Shown piece by piece: positions 20,454-30,564 of a DNA stretch of 64,000 nucleotides. Every line of letters starts with the position of its first letter. Position 1 is the first letter of the stretch. This stretch comes from Candidatus Bathyarchaeota archaeon. Lineage in GTDB: Archaea; Thermoproteota; Bathyarchaeia; 40CM-2-53-6; RBG-13-38-9. Location: assembly GCA_963807605.1 (NCBI GenBank), contig CAWECG010000004.1, positions 576,001 to 640,000 on the forward strand, read 5' to 3'. The position numbers and the translations under genes are program-made. The notes beneath the pieces are model-generated. The model had not been told where the DNA came from and ran no database searches. It saw only the letters and a program-made list of their open reading frames with translations.

Positions 20454-21341
20454 TTATTCGGTGCCGACTGACTCCTCAGCCAACAGGTAAAGTGAGCAGA
20501 AATCCAAGACTCCTTTGCCGGTTGAAGCAGCCTGCGACAGCATTTTGCGAACCAGATCAGTTACAGGCACGGAGACTTTCATTTCCTTGGCCTGTGCGAG
20601 TACAATATCGAAATCTTTCTCCATCATCTTTACGGTGAACGCCGGGGTGAAGTCACGGTTGATCAATGCCTTCGTCTTGTATCCAACAAAAGGAGAGGCG
20701 ATAGCACTGTTATTCATGACCTCCAGCATCTTGTCTGTTGCCAAGCCTGAGCGGTTGCCAAAGACCAGTGCCTCAGCCATGGCTTGGCATGTAACACCTA
20801 TCACCATGTTGAGCACCAGCTTCATGTATCTGGCCTCTTCTCCTGAACCCAGATAGAAGACCTTCTGACCCAAGACCTTTAAGATTGGCAGTGATCTTTC
20901 ATAGGTATCTCGTCTGCCTGAGACCATAATGCCGAGGGTGCCCGCGGCAGCCATCACTGTGCTTCCACTAACAGGAGCACGAAGCAAACTTACTCCTTTC
21001 TCTTCTGCCACTTTCGCCAGCTGGACTGAGGTCTGAGGAGAGACTGTACTCATATCAATCAAAGTACTACCGGGCTTCGCCCCTGCTAGCACTCCGCGGG
21101 GAGGCAGGGTAACAGCCTCTAGTGCCGCTGAGTCTGATACCATAGTGAAGATGATGCTTGCGTCATGCACCAAATCCTCTGGCGTCTCAGCAACTCTTAC
21201 TCCGCGAGCAGCAAGTTCAGCAACTTTTTCCCGAGTCCTGTTGTATACTGTAACGGCATAACCTGCATGGGTCAGGCGCTCCGACATGGGCCGGCCCATC
21301 TTTCCCATTCCTATCCACCCGATGCATGGCCTCTCAGACAT
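20454..21341 (-). CDS. NAD(P)-dependent beta-hydroxyacid dehydrogenase (3-hydroxyisobutyrate dehydrogenase family)
   Basis: WIGMGKMG, DMSTVSP, APVSGS, MKLVLN, KDF. Confidence 0.9.
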   Translation of the reverse strand: MSERPCIGWIGMGKMGRPMSERLTHAGYAVTVYNRTREKVAELAARGVRVAETPEDLVHDASIIFTMVSDSAALEAVTLPPRGVLAGAKPGSTLIDMSTVSPQTSVQLAKVAEEKGVSLLRAPVSGSTVMAAAGTLGIMVSGRRDTYERSLPILKVLGQKVFYLGSGEEARYMKLVLNMVIGVTCQAMAEALVFGNRSGLATDKMLEVMNNSAIASPFVGYKTKALINRDFTPAFTVKMMEKDFDIVLAQAKEMKVSVPVTDLVRKMLSQAASTGKGVLDFCSLYLLAEESVGTE

Positions 21342-21465
21342 TCTGCTGCCTTCTCCTCCGCAAGTTGGATCTAGCCATTCAGGAATAAGATAAGCACATC
21401 ACCCTAAAAGAACCAACTACTCGGCAAAACTCTTTATTTAATCAGTAATGTAAAATAGCCGGCGT

Positions 21466-21601
21466 GCGGCCGTAGTCTAGATGTGGCTACTGGACTATTC
21501 CCAGAGCGCAGGACAATCTAGTCTAGGACATTGGCCTTCCATGACCACTAAGCTGTCGAAAACAGCCAACAACCCGGGTCCGAATCCCGGCGGCCGCACC
21601 A
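21466..21601 (+). tRNA. tRNA-Gly(TCC) with two introns and encoded CCA
   Basis: Acceptor GCGGCCG/CGGCCGC-ACCA, anticodon stem TTGGC/GCCAA with TCC at 21538-40, T-arm CCGGG-TCCGAAT-CCCGG; 22-nt 37/38 intron 21542-21563; ~36-nt D-arm intron ~21490-21525; TTTATTTA box upstream. Confidence 0.88.
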
Positions 21602-21741
21602 CGATGTCATGTGTAGACAAATCAATCTACCAGATGTAGCAATAATTAGGCTCAGAGTCAGAAGTACCTCAATGGGGTTCAATTCTGCTTCTAAGCACCG
21701 AGGCGGGGGGTGATTACGCTCGCGCAGCGAGCGCCCGAACA

Positions 21742-22911
21742 TCATCTGCTGACATGAACCACTTTAGCAGGCGGGAAACCGTTAAAGTAAGTGGATGAAG
21801 CATGTGAATATGCACCAATGTTTTCAGAATACACTAAATCCCCTATATTGAGCTCAGGCAACTCTGCACTTAATGTGATTGTATCGAATGCATCACACGT
21901 TGGTCCAAACACTGCAGAAATATTCTTCTCTCCCTCTTTGAAGGTCTTGATTGGATAGATGCAGTGGTCAAAGATTTGTCCTGAAAATGTATGGTATATT
22001 CCGTCATCGATATAGTAACATGGCTTCCCATCACGGACAGCTTTGCCGATAACCTTCGCAACCAAGGTACACGCGTTGGCCACTAGAAATCTTCCAGGCT
22101 CAGCAAGTATCTCCATATCTGGCGTGAATAGTCTTTTGATTTCGGCATTCAGTTTTCTCGCAAGTAACTTAATCGATCTCACTTTAGGATTGTACTTAAC
22201 GGGAAAGCCCCCACCTATATCGAGGATCTTGATTTTCTGACCACCTCGTGTCTCTGCCTCTTTTAATATGTTTGCAGAAAGCTGCAGTCCTTGGACATAA
22301 TTCTCAAAATTTGTGCATTGACTACCAACATGGAAACTTAATCCTTCAACAACAAGGCCCATACCAAATGCTTCAACAATCAAATCGACTGCCTCACCCG
22401 GATCAGCACCGAACTTTGAGGAAAGCTCAACCATTGAACCGGTATTAGGGACTCTTATCCTCAACACAAGACCGGCATGAGGCGCGTACTGCACTATTTT
22501 TTTCAGCTCTTCAATATTATCAAAAGTGACAAGTGGCTTGTATTTATCAAGAGCTTCAAGAGTCTCTATTGGTTTGATGGTGTTAGCATAGATTATTTTG
22601 TCCCATATCCAATCCTGCCGCTCTTTATCAGGCATATGCTTGATATTGTCATATACCAGCATGAATTCGGGCATGGATGCAACGTCGAAGCTACAGCCCA
22701 TATCAAAAAGCGTCTTCACAATGCCAGGATCTGGATTTGCTTTTACAGCAAAATACGCCTGGACACTAGGCAAATGCTCCTTAAATTCGTTGTAATTCTG
22801 TCTTATCTTTTCGTGGTCGATTACAAAGATAGGAGTTCCGTGCTCCTTCGCCAGCTTCTGTAAAAGTTCCTTTTTGGTCTCGTCGATATGGGGCACGCCG
22901 TTATCATGCAC
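21742..22911 (-). CDS. PLP fold-type III ornithine/lysine decarboxylase
   Basis: YFAVKANP, FDVAS, SFHVGSQ, DIGGGF, EPGR, GPTCDAFD, GAY. Confidence 0.92.
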   Translation of the reverse strand: MHDNGVPHIDETKKELLQKLAKEHGTPIFVIDHEKIRQNYNEFKEHLPSVQAYFAVKANPDPGIVKTLFDMGCSFDVASMPEFMLVYDNIKHMPDKERQDWIWDKIIYANTIKPIETLEALDKYKPLVTFDNIEELKKIVQYAPHAGLVLRIRVPNTGSMVELSSKFGADPGEAVDLIVEAFGMGLVVEGLSFHVGSQCTNFENYVQGLQLSANILKEAETRGGQKIKILDIGGGFPVKYNPKVRSIKLLARKLNAEIKRLFTPDMEILAEPGRFLVANACTLVAKVIGKAVRDGKPCYYIDDGIYHTFSGQIFDHCIYPIKTFKEGEKNISAVFGPTCDAFDTITLSAELPELNIGDLVYSENIGAYSHASSTYFNGFPPAKVVHVSR

Positions 22912-22970
22912 GTGCTTTTGTCTCGTCCTTCCCCGCTTCGTCGTCGGTTTTTGCCATTAGGTAAGATGCG

Positions 22971-24413
22971 CTATTGAACAAATAAGAAGTTTTTGAATTG
23001 CCAGACATCGCTGTTGTCATAATTGTTTGCAGGATTCTCTTTGAAGTATACCAGCCTGTTCCTCAAGGGAGTCCAATCAGACGGTCCTGAAAAAAATTCA
23101 CCAAGGTATGGCTTAGCGATGTCTAATACAAAGTCGTGGGGCAGATCGTCAGGGAGGCAAAAGCCCTTTCTGGGGTTTTCAATCATCCACATAACTGCGG
23201 TTATGACCCCCAATGCCACCTGGACCGTTGTTGCGTTCTCTCCCGGGGCAAGCTTCCTTGATTCTTCTATCGACAATATGCTGCCTGTCCACCACGAGCC
23301 ATACGGATGGCCCATCAATAGAGCACCCAAAATATCTGCACCAGAAATGATATCGCTATCATCCATTATCCGTGACTTTGATTGCATCTCGTAATTCCTG
23401 CACCGGAGCTCATGCAACGATGCTATTGTTGCATCACATGGCATGTACGCGTAGTGTACAGTTGGCCTGTAAATCGCTTTACCATTTTTCCAGACAGTCC
23501 ATCGATCTGAGATTCCAAATGCCTCGCCGTGCCGTATTACCATCCCAACTATTTCATTGTGCGGAACATATGACCGTACCCAAGTGTTAATTCCCATCTG
23601 GGCGAGCATAATCTGATTCTTCGGCCCTGTTGGTGGCACATGAGCAAGTTCCGGAAGCTCTTTTTCATGTGTACCCCATCCCATCTCTGCAGGAGCCGTG
23701 CCTTCTTCCCGTAACCCCTCAATACTCCATGTCCCGACAAACTCATCAACTTGTTTTGGCTTATTGGAAATCTGAGTGTCTCTCTCTGAACAATGAATGA
23801 CTTTTACCCCTATCTCCATGGCAAGCTCAGGAAAATTCTGCTCCTTGATCAGTCGCTTGATCGTATCTGGTTCTTTTGCTATCTCATCCGCAACCATTTT
23901 ATTTGCTATGTCAATCAGGCCTTGCTTTGCGAAATGAGATATCAGACCCGGGTTGGCACCATGGTCAACTACAAATGTTGTGGCGTTTTTCCAGTCTTTT
24001 GTTAGCTCCCGAAGGCTCATCTGTCGGTAATAGAGGGATTTCTCATAGGGGCTCGCACTGAATCTCTCACCATAGGAGTCCCAGTCTTCAACTGAGGAGT
24101 TTACATAGAGCACTTCATGCTCATGGCACCATTTGACGATGTCACAGCATTCTATATTCCACGCAAGATCGATAAGCAATCCTCCCGGCGAAAGGTACTC
24201 TGAAAGAATATGGTCAAGTTCTTCAGGAGTGATTTTTCGCTGGAAGAATTTTATGCCTTTCTCGGTCCATGGCTCAAGTTCTTTTGTTTTGTCTTCGAAA
24301 TCTAGTATCGTGATATTCTCATAAGGTATTGTGATATGCTTGAGCAAGATCGGCAGCGTGCACTTTGCCACTGCACCATATCCAATAATCAAAACCTTGT
24401 TTCTAAATTCCAT
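22971..24413 (-). CDS. hss: Homospermidine synthase
   Basis: IIGYGAV, HGANPGLISHF, SERDTQ, TWSIEG, GWGTHE, HGEA, RPTVHYAY, NATTVQV. Confidence 0.92.
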   Translation of the reverse strand: MEFRNKVLIIGYGAVAKCTLPILLKHITIPYENITILDFEDKTKELEPWTEKGIKFFQRKITPEELDHILSEYLSPGGLLIDLAWNIECCDIVKWCHEHEVLYVNSSVEDWDSYGERFSASPYEKSLYYRQMSLRELTKDWKNATTFVVDHGANPGLISHFAKQGLIDIANKMVADEIAKEPDTIKRLIKEQNFPELAMEIGVKVIHCSERDTQISNKPKQVDEFVGTWSIEGLREEGTAPAEMGWGTHEKELPELAHVPPTGPKNQIMLAQMGINTWVRSYVPHNEIVGMVIRHGEAFGISDRWTVWKNGKAIYRPTVHYAYMPCDATIASLHELRCRNYEMQSKSRIMDDSDIISGADILGALLMGHPYGSWWTGSILSIEESRKLAPGENATTVQVALGVITAVMWMIENPRKGFCLPDDLPHDFVLDIAKPYLGEFFSGPSDWTPLRNRLVYFKENPANNYDNSDVWQFKNFLFVQ

Positions 24414-24523
24414 TGCAAATTCTACGCCCGCGTATTACACCGTTGGTGTGGTGTAAGTTTAGAGTAGCTTAATAACCGATTAGCCATCCCCCTGGCTCCG
24501 GCAATTTTCACTTAAATTCTACG

Positions 24524-24540
24524 TCTCGGTGGCCGCATCA
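24524..24540 (+). repeat. Degenerate copy of tRNA-Gly 3' end (att-like)
   Basis: TCTCGGTGGCCGCATCA vs tRNA TCCCGGCGGCCGCACCA (14/17, all C>T). Confidence 0.45.
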
Positions 24541-24561
24541 CTTGAGCAATTAAAGGGGGAT

Positions 24562-25227
24562 TTAGTCTTTGAACTTCTTCTCTCCGGCCTTTATGGGTAC
24601 TTCAAGCCAATTGTCCTTGGGAGGTAACGGGCAGCTGTAGTCCTCGCTGTATGCACAGTAAGGGTTGTAGGCCCTGTTGAAGTCTAGCAGAAAGAGTCCA
24701 TCCGGTCTCTGCTCCACATCTAGATATCTGGCAGCGTCATAGGACTCTCCTCCTGATGTCGCGTCCCTGAATGGGATGAAGAGCGATTCTTTCTCGCCTT
24801 CATCTTGGGGTGTGAGAACGTCTTTGTATGCCTGAAGAGTCTGTGTCTTGCCTTCTATTGTAAATCTGAGGTAGCCCGCCTTGATGTATTCTCGCTCTTG
24901 ACCTGTGCTGGTGGCAATTCTGGAAGTGGCGGGATTGGGGTATCTGTTGAGTTTGCAGAGGAATCTGTAGGACGGATTCACGGGGAAAAAGTTCAGACCT
25001 TCGAACGTTGATCTCATATTTTCTGGGATGGGGGATTGTGGATGGTTTTTGAAGGCTTGATCCTTTTCCTGACGCATCTGAAGGATTGCTTCGACCTCAC
25101 TTTTCGTCATCTTTCCAAGAGGTTCTGATGGTGCTTCACCCTCAAGTGGGGCCCCACACGAATCGCAATATTTCGCGTTAGCCTCCTGCGTTTCACCGCA
25201 GTTTGGACAGATTGGTTCCGAACCCAT
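24562..25227 (-). CDS. DUF1684-like protein with N-terminal zinc ribbon
   Basis: CPNC..CDSC; FIPFRDATSG.ESY..ARYL, LDFNRAYNPYCAYS..SCPLPP. Confidence 0.85.
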   Translation of the reverse strand: MGSEPICPNCGETQEANAKYCDSCGAPLEGEAPSEPLGKMTKSEVEAILQMRQEKDQAFKNHPQSPIPENMRSTFEGLNFFPVNPSYRFLCKLNRYPNPATSRIATSTGQEREYIKAGYLRFTIEGKTQTLQAYKDVLTPQDEGEKESLFIPFRDATSGGESYDAARYLDVEQRPDGLFLLDFNRAYNPYCAYSEDYSCPLPPKDNWLEVPIKAGEKKFKD

Positions 25228-25309
25228 TTTTCGTCGACAACTTACTCTCAGAATTCTCGTGGTTAAGCCTTGTCATTGTTCCTGAGGTTGTAACGCGCAC
25301 GATGGGGTG

Positions 25310-25807
25310 TTACGGGTTGAGTGCGTAGAGGAGATAGTTCAGGCAACTCGCCAAACTTACCCAAGCCAAGTATGGAATCAGTAATGAGGCAGCTACTTTC
25401 GAGACTCTGAAGAAGAAGATTGTTGTAAAGACAATCATGAACCATAACACTACGATATCAATTAAGCCCAGAAGGGGGGACTTTAGCCCAAAAAACAAGT
25501 AGGACCAAAGGACATTCAATGCCAGCTGAACAAAGAACATAATGATGGGGTTCCTTACAGCATCGTTGCCACGCCCAGTATTCCAGATCATGAAGAAAGA
25601 GATGCCCATCAATAGGTAGAGCGTCGTCCAAACTGGTGCAAAAACCCAGTTCGGAGGAGCGACATTTGGCTTGTGGAGATTAGCATACCACGTTGATATT
25701 GCAGGAATCGTGAATATGGAGCCCACGAGTCCAGCTATTTGGCATAAGACGATGGCCATAACCAAACGAGTATAGGTCTTACCTTTGCCCTCTTCCATAG
25801 TATTCAC
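25310..25807 (-). CDS. tspO: TspO/MBR tryptophan-rich membrane protein
   Basis: WYANLHKP..PPNWVFAPVWTTLY, LNVLWSYLFFG, PYLAWV. Confidence 0.92.
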   Translation of the reverse strand: MNTMEEGKGKTYTRLVMAIVLCQIAGLVGSIFTIPAISTWYANLHKPNVAPPNWVFAPVWTTLYLLMGISFFMIWNTGRGNDAVRNPIIMFFVQLALNVLWSYLFFGLKSPLLGLIDIVVLWFMIVFTTIFFFRVSKVAASLLIPYLAWVSLASCLNYLLYALNP

Positions 25808-26226
25808 CGCATAATCGCGTTATTAGCAAAAGCTACAGTTGACTCATCATTAAAGACGGAACCTACATAAAACACTGATCGGACACGTGTACATGAGACA
25901 AACATCCGGAGAGATCTGCAGAGACGCTTAAACTGCAGGAATTTATCACTGAATACTAAAGAAGCCGATGCTCGTTAGTCAGCCTTCTATGACCGACCTA
26001 AACACTAGAAACATGTTGCTTGACTTTTAGCGCGCGCTGTCTGCCTATCTAGAGATATCCTAAGGCCGCACCATGTCAAGGAATAGGATCCTTAGAAGAA
26101 CTGCTGTAACATAGAATCCCGTTTCTTAGCAGTTAGTCAATAAAAGAGGTTTCGCGTATTATCTTTTTTGAAGACGCCTTCAACGCGTTTGAAAACTATC
26201 TATTCTTAAGTAGCAGCCAATTCAAA

Positions 26227-27569
26227 AAAAGGTGAGCGGGAAATCCCCCACCCTTTAGGGGTGGGATGAAAGCGAACTGGTATCAGCATTATAAGCGGAG
26301 TTTACAAAAAACTTAGTGAGTACAATGCAGTCTTCAGTACGCTATAGGCTTTACCCAACAAGGGAACAAGAGGAGGAGATGTCTGCAATCCTTGAGCTTT
26401 GCCGGTGGCTCTACAACTACTTCTTGGGAATAGTTAGGTACAGTGTAAAGGTGCCAAACAGGAAACTTCTACAAGAGATGATCCCTGCCCTATGCAGATA
26501 CAAGCCTGAGCTTGAGAAGCTACACTCAAAGACACGGCAATACGTCCTCTACCAACTGTACTCTAATCTCAGGGCACTCTCACAGATGAAGAAGAAAGGC
26601 AGGAAGGTTGGGAGGCTAAGATTCAAGGGACGTGGATGGTTCAAGGCCTTCATCTACAACCAATCTGGATTCTCAATCAAGCATGGTGCCAAGCAGATAC
26701 GACAGATGGGATTACTCCACCTCAGCAAGATAGGAGAAATTCCAGTCAGACTGCATAGAGAGATTGATGGTGAGATCAAACAGGTTATCATCAAACATTC
26801 TGCAAACAACAATTGGTATGCAATAACCTCCATTGAATATGACCATCCGATAAATACTGAGCCAGCGGACAGAAGCAAAACTGTTGGGGTAGATGTTGGC
26901 ATAGTAAACTATGCCTACGATTCTAATGGAAGAGTGACCCCTCATCCGCATAACATCGACAAAAAACTGAAGAGACTCCAAAGAGAGCAAAGGCAGCTAT
27001 CAAGAAAGAAGGGATCAAGAAACAGGATGAAGCAGAAGGTCAAGGTTGCATCAATCCATGAGGACATAACAAACTGCAGGAATGACTTCCTGCACAAACT
27101 CTCAAGGTACTACGTTGACAAACACGATGTAATCTGCATGGAAGATCTGAATATTCAGGATTTGATGCAGGGGATCCCTAATGCCAAGAATATGGCTGAT
27201 GCTTCATGGGGAAGATTTGGAATGATGGTGGGGTACAAGGCTGAAACCGCCTGTAAACATCGAATACAAGTACCGCCCCAGAACACCAGCCAGGATTGCA
27301 GTGGATGTGGCGCTAAGGTTCCTAAGACTCTTGCAGTGAGGATACACAAGTGTCCCCATTGTAGGCTAAAGATTGATAGGGACTTCAATGCATCACTCAA
27401 TATAAGGCGTTTAGGACTGGAAAGAATAGGGTGGGAACCATCCGAATACACGCCTGTGGAGATGAAGCCTCTACCAACCATTATTCGTGGGCATGCTTCG
27501 TCGCTGAAGCAGGAACTTCTCCATCCGCAAGGGGAGAAGCCCACACCCTTCAGGGGTGGGTAAGTTCAC
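26227..27569 (+). mobile_element. IS200/IS605 tnpB-only element, family F3
   Basis: Left end AAAAGGTGAGCGGGAAAT-CCCCCACCCTTTAGGGGTGGG; right end GAAG-CCCACACCCTTCAGGGGTGGG-TAAGTTCAC; left boundary +/-1. Confidence 0.88.
26316..27563 (+). CDS. tnpB: TnpB (F3, canonical D-E-D)
   Basis: RYRLYP, GVDVG, CMEDL, CSGC..CPHC, DRDFNAS. Confidence 0.93.
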   Translation: MSTMQSSVRYRLYPTREQEEEMSAILELCRWLYNYFLGIVRYSVKVPNRKLLQEMIPALCRYKPELEKLHSKTRQYVLYQLYSNLRALSQMKKKGRKVGRLRFKGRGWFKAFIYNQSGFSIKHGAKQIRQMGLLHLSKIGEIPVRLHREIDGEIKQVIIKHSANNNWYAITSIEYDHPINTEPADRSKTVGVDVGIVNYAYDSNGRVTPHPHNIDKKLKRLQREQRQLSRKKGSRNRMKQKVKVASIHEDITNCRNDFLHKLSRYYVDKHDVICMEDLNIQDLMQGIPNAKNMADASWGRFGMMVGYKAETACKHRIQVPPQNTSQDCSGCGAKVPKTLAVRIHKCPHCRLKIDRDFNASLNIRRLGLERIGWEPSEYTPVEMKPLPTIIRGHASSLKQELLHPQGEKPTPFRGG

Positions 27570-27606
27570 GAAAACATAAACAGTAGCATGTCCGAGTCGC
27601 TGGAAT

Positions 27607-28934
27607 TTGTCCGAAGAACTGGTAAAGAAGGCTTTGAAGACTATCGGACTAACTGATAAGGAGTCAGAAGTTTACATAATTCTTGGAGGAAGCGGCGTTT
27701 TAAGAGGCATGGATATCTCGAAGCGCCTGAGTATGCACAAGGCACAGGTATACAGCATTCTGAAGAGTCTTCAAAGAAAGGGTGTAGTGGAGGCCACTCT
27801 CGAATCTCCTACGCGCTTCAGCGCTGTTTCACTTGAAGACCTGCTAGACTCCTTTATCCGAGCAAGAAGGGATGAAGCTAATTCTATAGAGAAAGAGAAA
27901 GACGTCCTACTAGCTAGTTGGGAACTTACTAAATCAGGCGATACCCTTGTAGCCCCAGAGAAATTCGTGGCGATTCAAGGACCAAAGAAGATCGAGCATA
28001 AGATCCTAGAGATGATCAACGAAACGAAAAAAGAGATTAGAGCGATCACTACAAGTCTTGACATAATTCGAGCCGATCAGACGCAGCTTACAAGGGAAAT
28101 AGTGAACAAACCAACAAGAACCGCGCTATCAAGATCAGAATTCTCACAAGCGTGTCAAAAGAGAACCTGAACATAATAAAGAACGCCGTCAAAGTCGGCT
28201 CGAACAGACGTCTGGACATGAAATGGCGCCACCTCGATCTCAAGTCAGGCTCAACCCCTCGAGTCATAATAAAGGATGGGAAAGAGACCTTCATACTGCA
28301 ATCAGAAGATTATCCTATGCAAGTCCGAGAGGGAACTGGCCTATGGACCAACAGTGCGCTGATCACTGACGTGAACATGAGGCTCTTTACAGAACTGTGG
28401 AATTCTGGAATAGATATAGGCGAAAAGATGCGCGAGATTGGAACCAGAAAGCCGCTGGGAAGGACTTTAACGATCGGGAATTGGCAAAGAGCATATGAAG
28501 AATTCGGTGACAGGATGGAGAAGGCTAAGAACGAGATAATCCAAATTGGGCCATCGATCGATATTCTCAAACACCAAGGCAAGTACACGATACCAGAGGT
28601 CTTCAAGAGACGTGTCAAACTACGCGCGATGGTTCCACTCGATGCAGATACCCTAAGAAATGCTCAAGATCTCTCGAAGTACTGTGAAATAAGAGATCCT
28701 AACGTTGGCTACTTAGGAATGGCACTCATCGACGGCGAACATCTCTTCCAATTCAACGTACAAGCACGCGATCCTCAAGTGATCAAACCCTCCTTCTACT
28801 TCAGAAACACATTCTACACAAACGAACCAAGCCATATCAGAAGAGCAAGCGAAATGCTGGAGGGGTTATGGCGCAGGTCCGCTAAGATATCAGATATCGA
28901 AGATGGTCTGAGAGGAAAGAAGATGACCGGTTAG
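27607..28934 (+). pseudogene. TrmB-family transcriptional regulator, frameshifted near 28110
   Basis: N-terminal TrmB wHTH (GLTDKESEVY..VYSILKSLQRKG); one extra A in AACAAACC joins it to TNKNRAIKIRILTSVSKENL and the tandem C-terminal domains. Confidence 0.8.
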
Positions 28935-29264
28935 GTCGACACCTCTACAGGCTAGCTCCACTCATCCTTAGCGCGCGCGTAGAAAGAGCCAAGACATAAG
29001 CGAACTTCTCATTTTAGACTACATCCTTCACTTTGTCCCCCGGCCTTCCCTCTAACGGCTCCACTCTCATCCCTGACTCATATCATCAATAGTTCACGTT
29101 TCGACCGGTATGAGGTTACAGGTCCTGCTGAAACGGATGCACATGGTTCAAAGCCTGTTCAACTTCACAAACTCGTCGTACAGCGTTTCTAGTCGGAAGT
29201 GTAAACCCATCGTCATTGAAGGTCTTCTTCGTATCAGGGTTTGATGACTGAATCGTTACATGTT

Positions 29265-30419
29265 CTAAGCCGCTTTCAAAGAGTAAGCAGCTATTGCCCC
29301 CATTGTCGGAAATAGTGCCATGCCTATGAAGCTAGGCGTTAGCTTATTGGTCATGTCAATAATGAGTCCTATGAACGGTGGAGCAGTGGCTACTGCCAGA
29401 CTCAGACATGCTGTAAATATTCCATAACCAGTTCCTGCCGCAGATTGTCCCAGGATCCGAGGAGGCAGCATCATCGCAGTTGGGACAATCATGAATACCG
29501 AAGCTCCCATGATTGCAACGGCCAATATCACTGCTTGATCAGGCAAATAAGGCATGATTCCTAAGATCACTACTACTGATAAGAAATTCGCGATCAGGAT
29601 GATCCTACGGTGCCTGATCCAATGCAATATCCAACCATATATCGGCACACATAGGATGCCCGCCAACATAACCACGGTGGCAAGCAGATTCGCGTAGATT
29701 GGGTCTGTTCCCCTAAACCTCTCGAAGAGCACTGGAAACCACGTTGTGAACGCGAAGACAGTGGCGAAAGAGAATCCGTAAATACACCCCGCCTTCCAAA
29801 CTTCAAGATTCCTGACAGTCTGGCTGGCTTTTATTCTTTTTTCATATGTGAGTTTGACCGGGCCTTCCTTAATCAGAGACACGAAAACTACCAGGCTTAA
29901 TGTGGCCAAAGCAACGTCAAGGTATAATGGATAGCGCCATCCAAAATTAAACATCAAAACGCTTACCAGTGGAAAAGCTAGAAGGGTGGCAAATGGCAGA
30001 TTTATCCCATAAACACCCATAGCTCTTCCAAGCTCCTTCAGTGAAAACCATTGAGTGACTATTGAGGGCAGTAGCGTTATCATGATCATCCCTCCAACTC
30101 CGAAGATAAAACGCCCCACCAAGGCGATTTGATAAGAATCGCTGATGGCAACCACAAAACTGCCAAGTGTCATCATGCTTGTTGCCAGAGCTCCAACACG
30201 TCTGGCACCGTAATGGTCGATGAGCATCCCTGCAGGTATCGTTACAAGAACTCCTGGGACAAAAAGGATGGACATCAACAAACCAGCTTGCGCGTGACTG
30301 ATGCCGAAATCCTTCATTATCGACGGAATCAAAGGGGGAATCGACTGGACGGTGAAAGCGACTGTGACAATGACGTAGAACACCGAGAATAACATGACCC
30401 ACCGATATCGCAGATCCAT
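29265..30419 (-). CDS. MFS transporter
   Basis: About 12 hydrophobic segments; motif A GMLIDHYGARR. Confidence 0.9.
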   Translation of the reverse strand: MDLRYRWVMLFSVFYVIVTVAFTVQSIPPLIPSIMKDFGISHAQAGLLMSILFVPGVLVTIPAGMLIDHYGARRVGALATSMMTLGSFVVAISDSYQIALVGRFIFGVGGMIMITLLPSIVTQWFSLKELGRAMGVYGINLPFATLLAFPLVSVLMFNFGWRYPLYLDVALATLSLVVFVSLIKEGPVKLTYEKRIKASQTVRNLEVWKAGCIYGFSFATVFAFTTWFPVLFERFRGTDPIYANLLATVVMLAGILCVPIYGWILHWIRHRRIILIANFLSVVVILGIMPYLPDQAVILAVAIMGASVFMIVPTAMMLPPRILGQSAAGTGYGIFTACLSLAVATAPPFIGLIIDMTNKLTPSFIGMALFPTMGAIAAYSLKAA

Positions 30420-30564
30420 GAAACCAATTTCACCCTTTAAACCCAAGGCAACCGAATCGTGCCTTCTTCTCAACAGCTTCGAATACTTGTCATGGGTGGT
30501 CTCTTGGAGAAAAGGAGACCCCGTCAAGAACTGGGGAGCTTGGATGTCTCATTAGGCTTTGGAA

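Noticed and set aside
21548-21745. 65-aa minus-strand ORF
   Set aside because: It overlaps the tRNA antisense (WCGRRDSDPG is the typical tRNA shadow).
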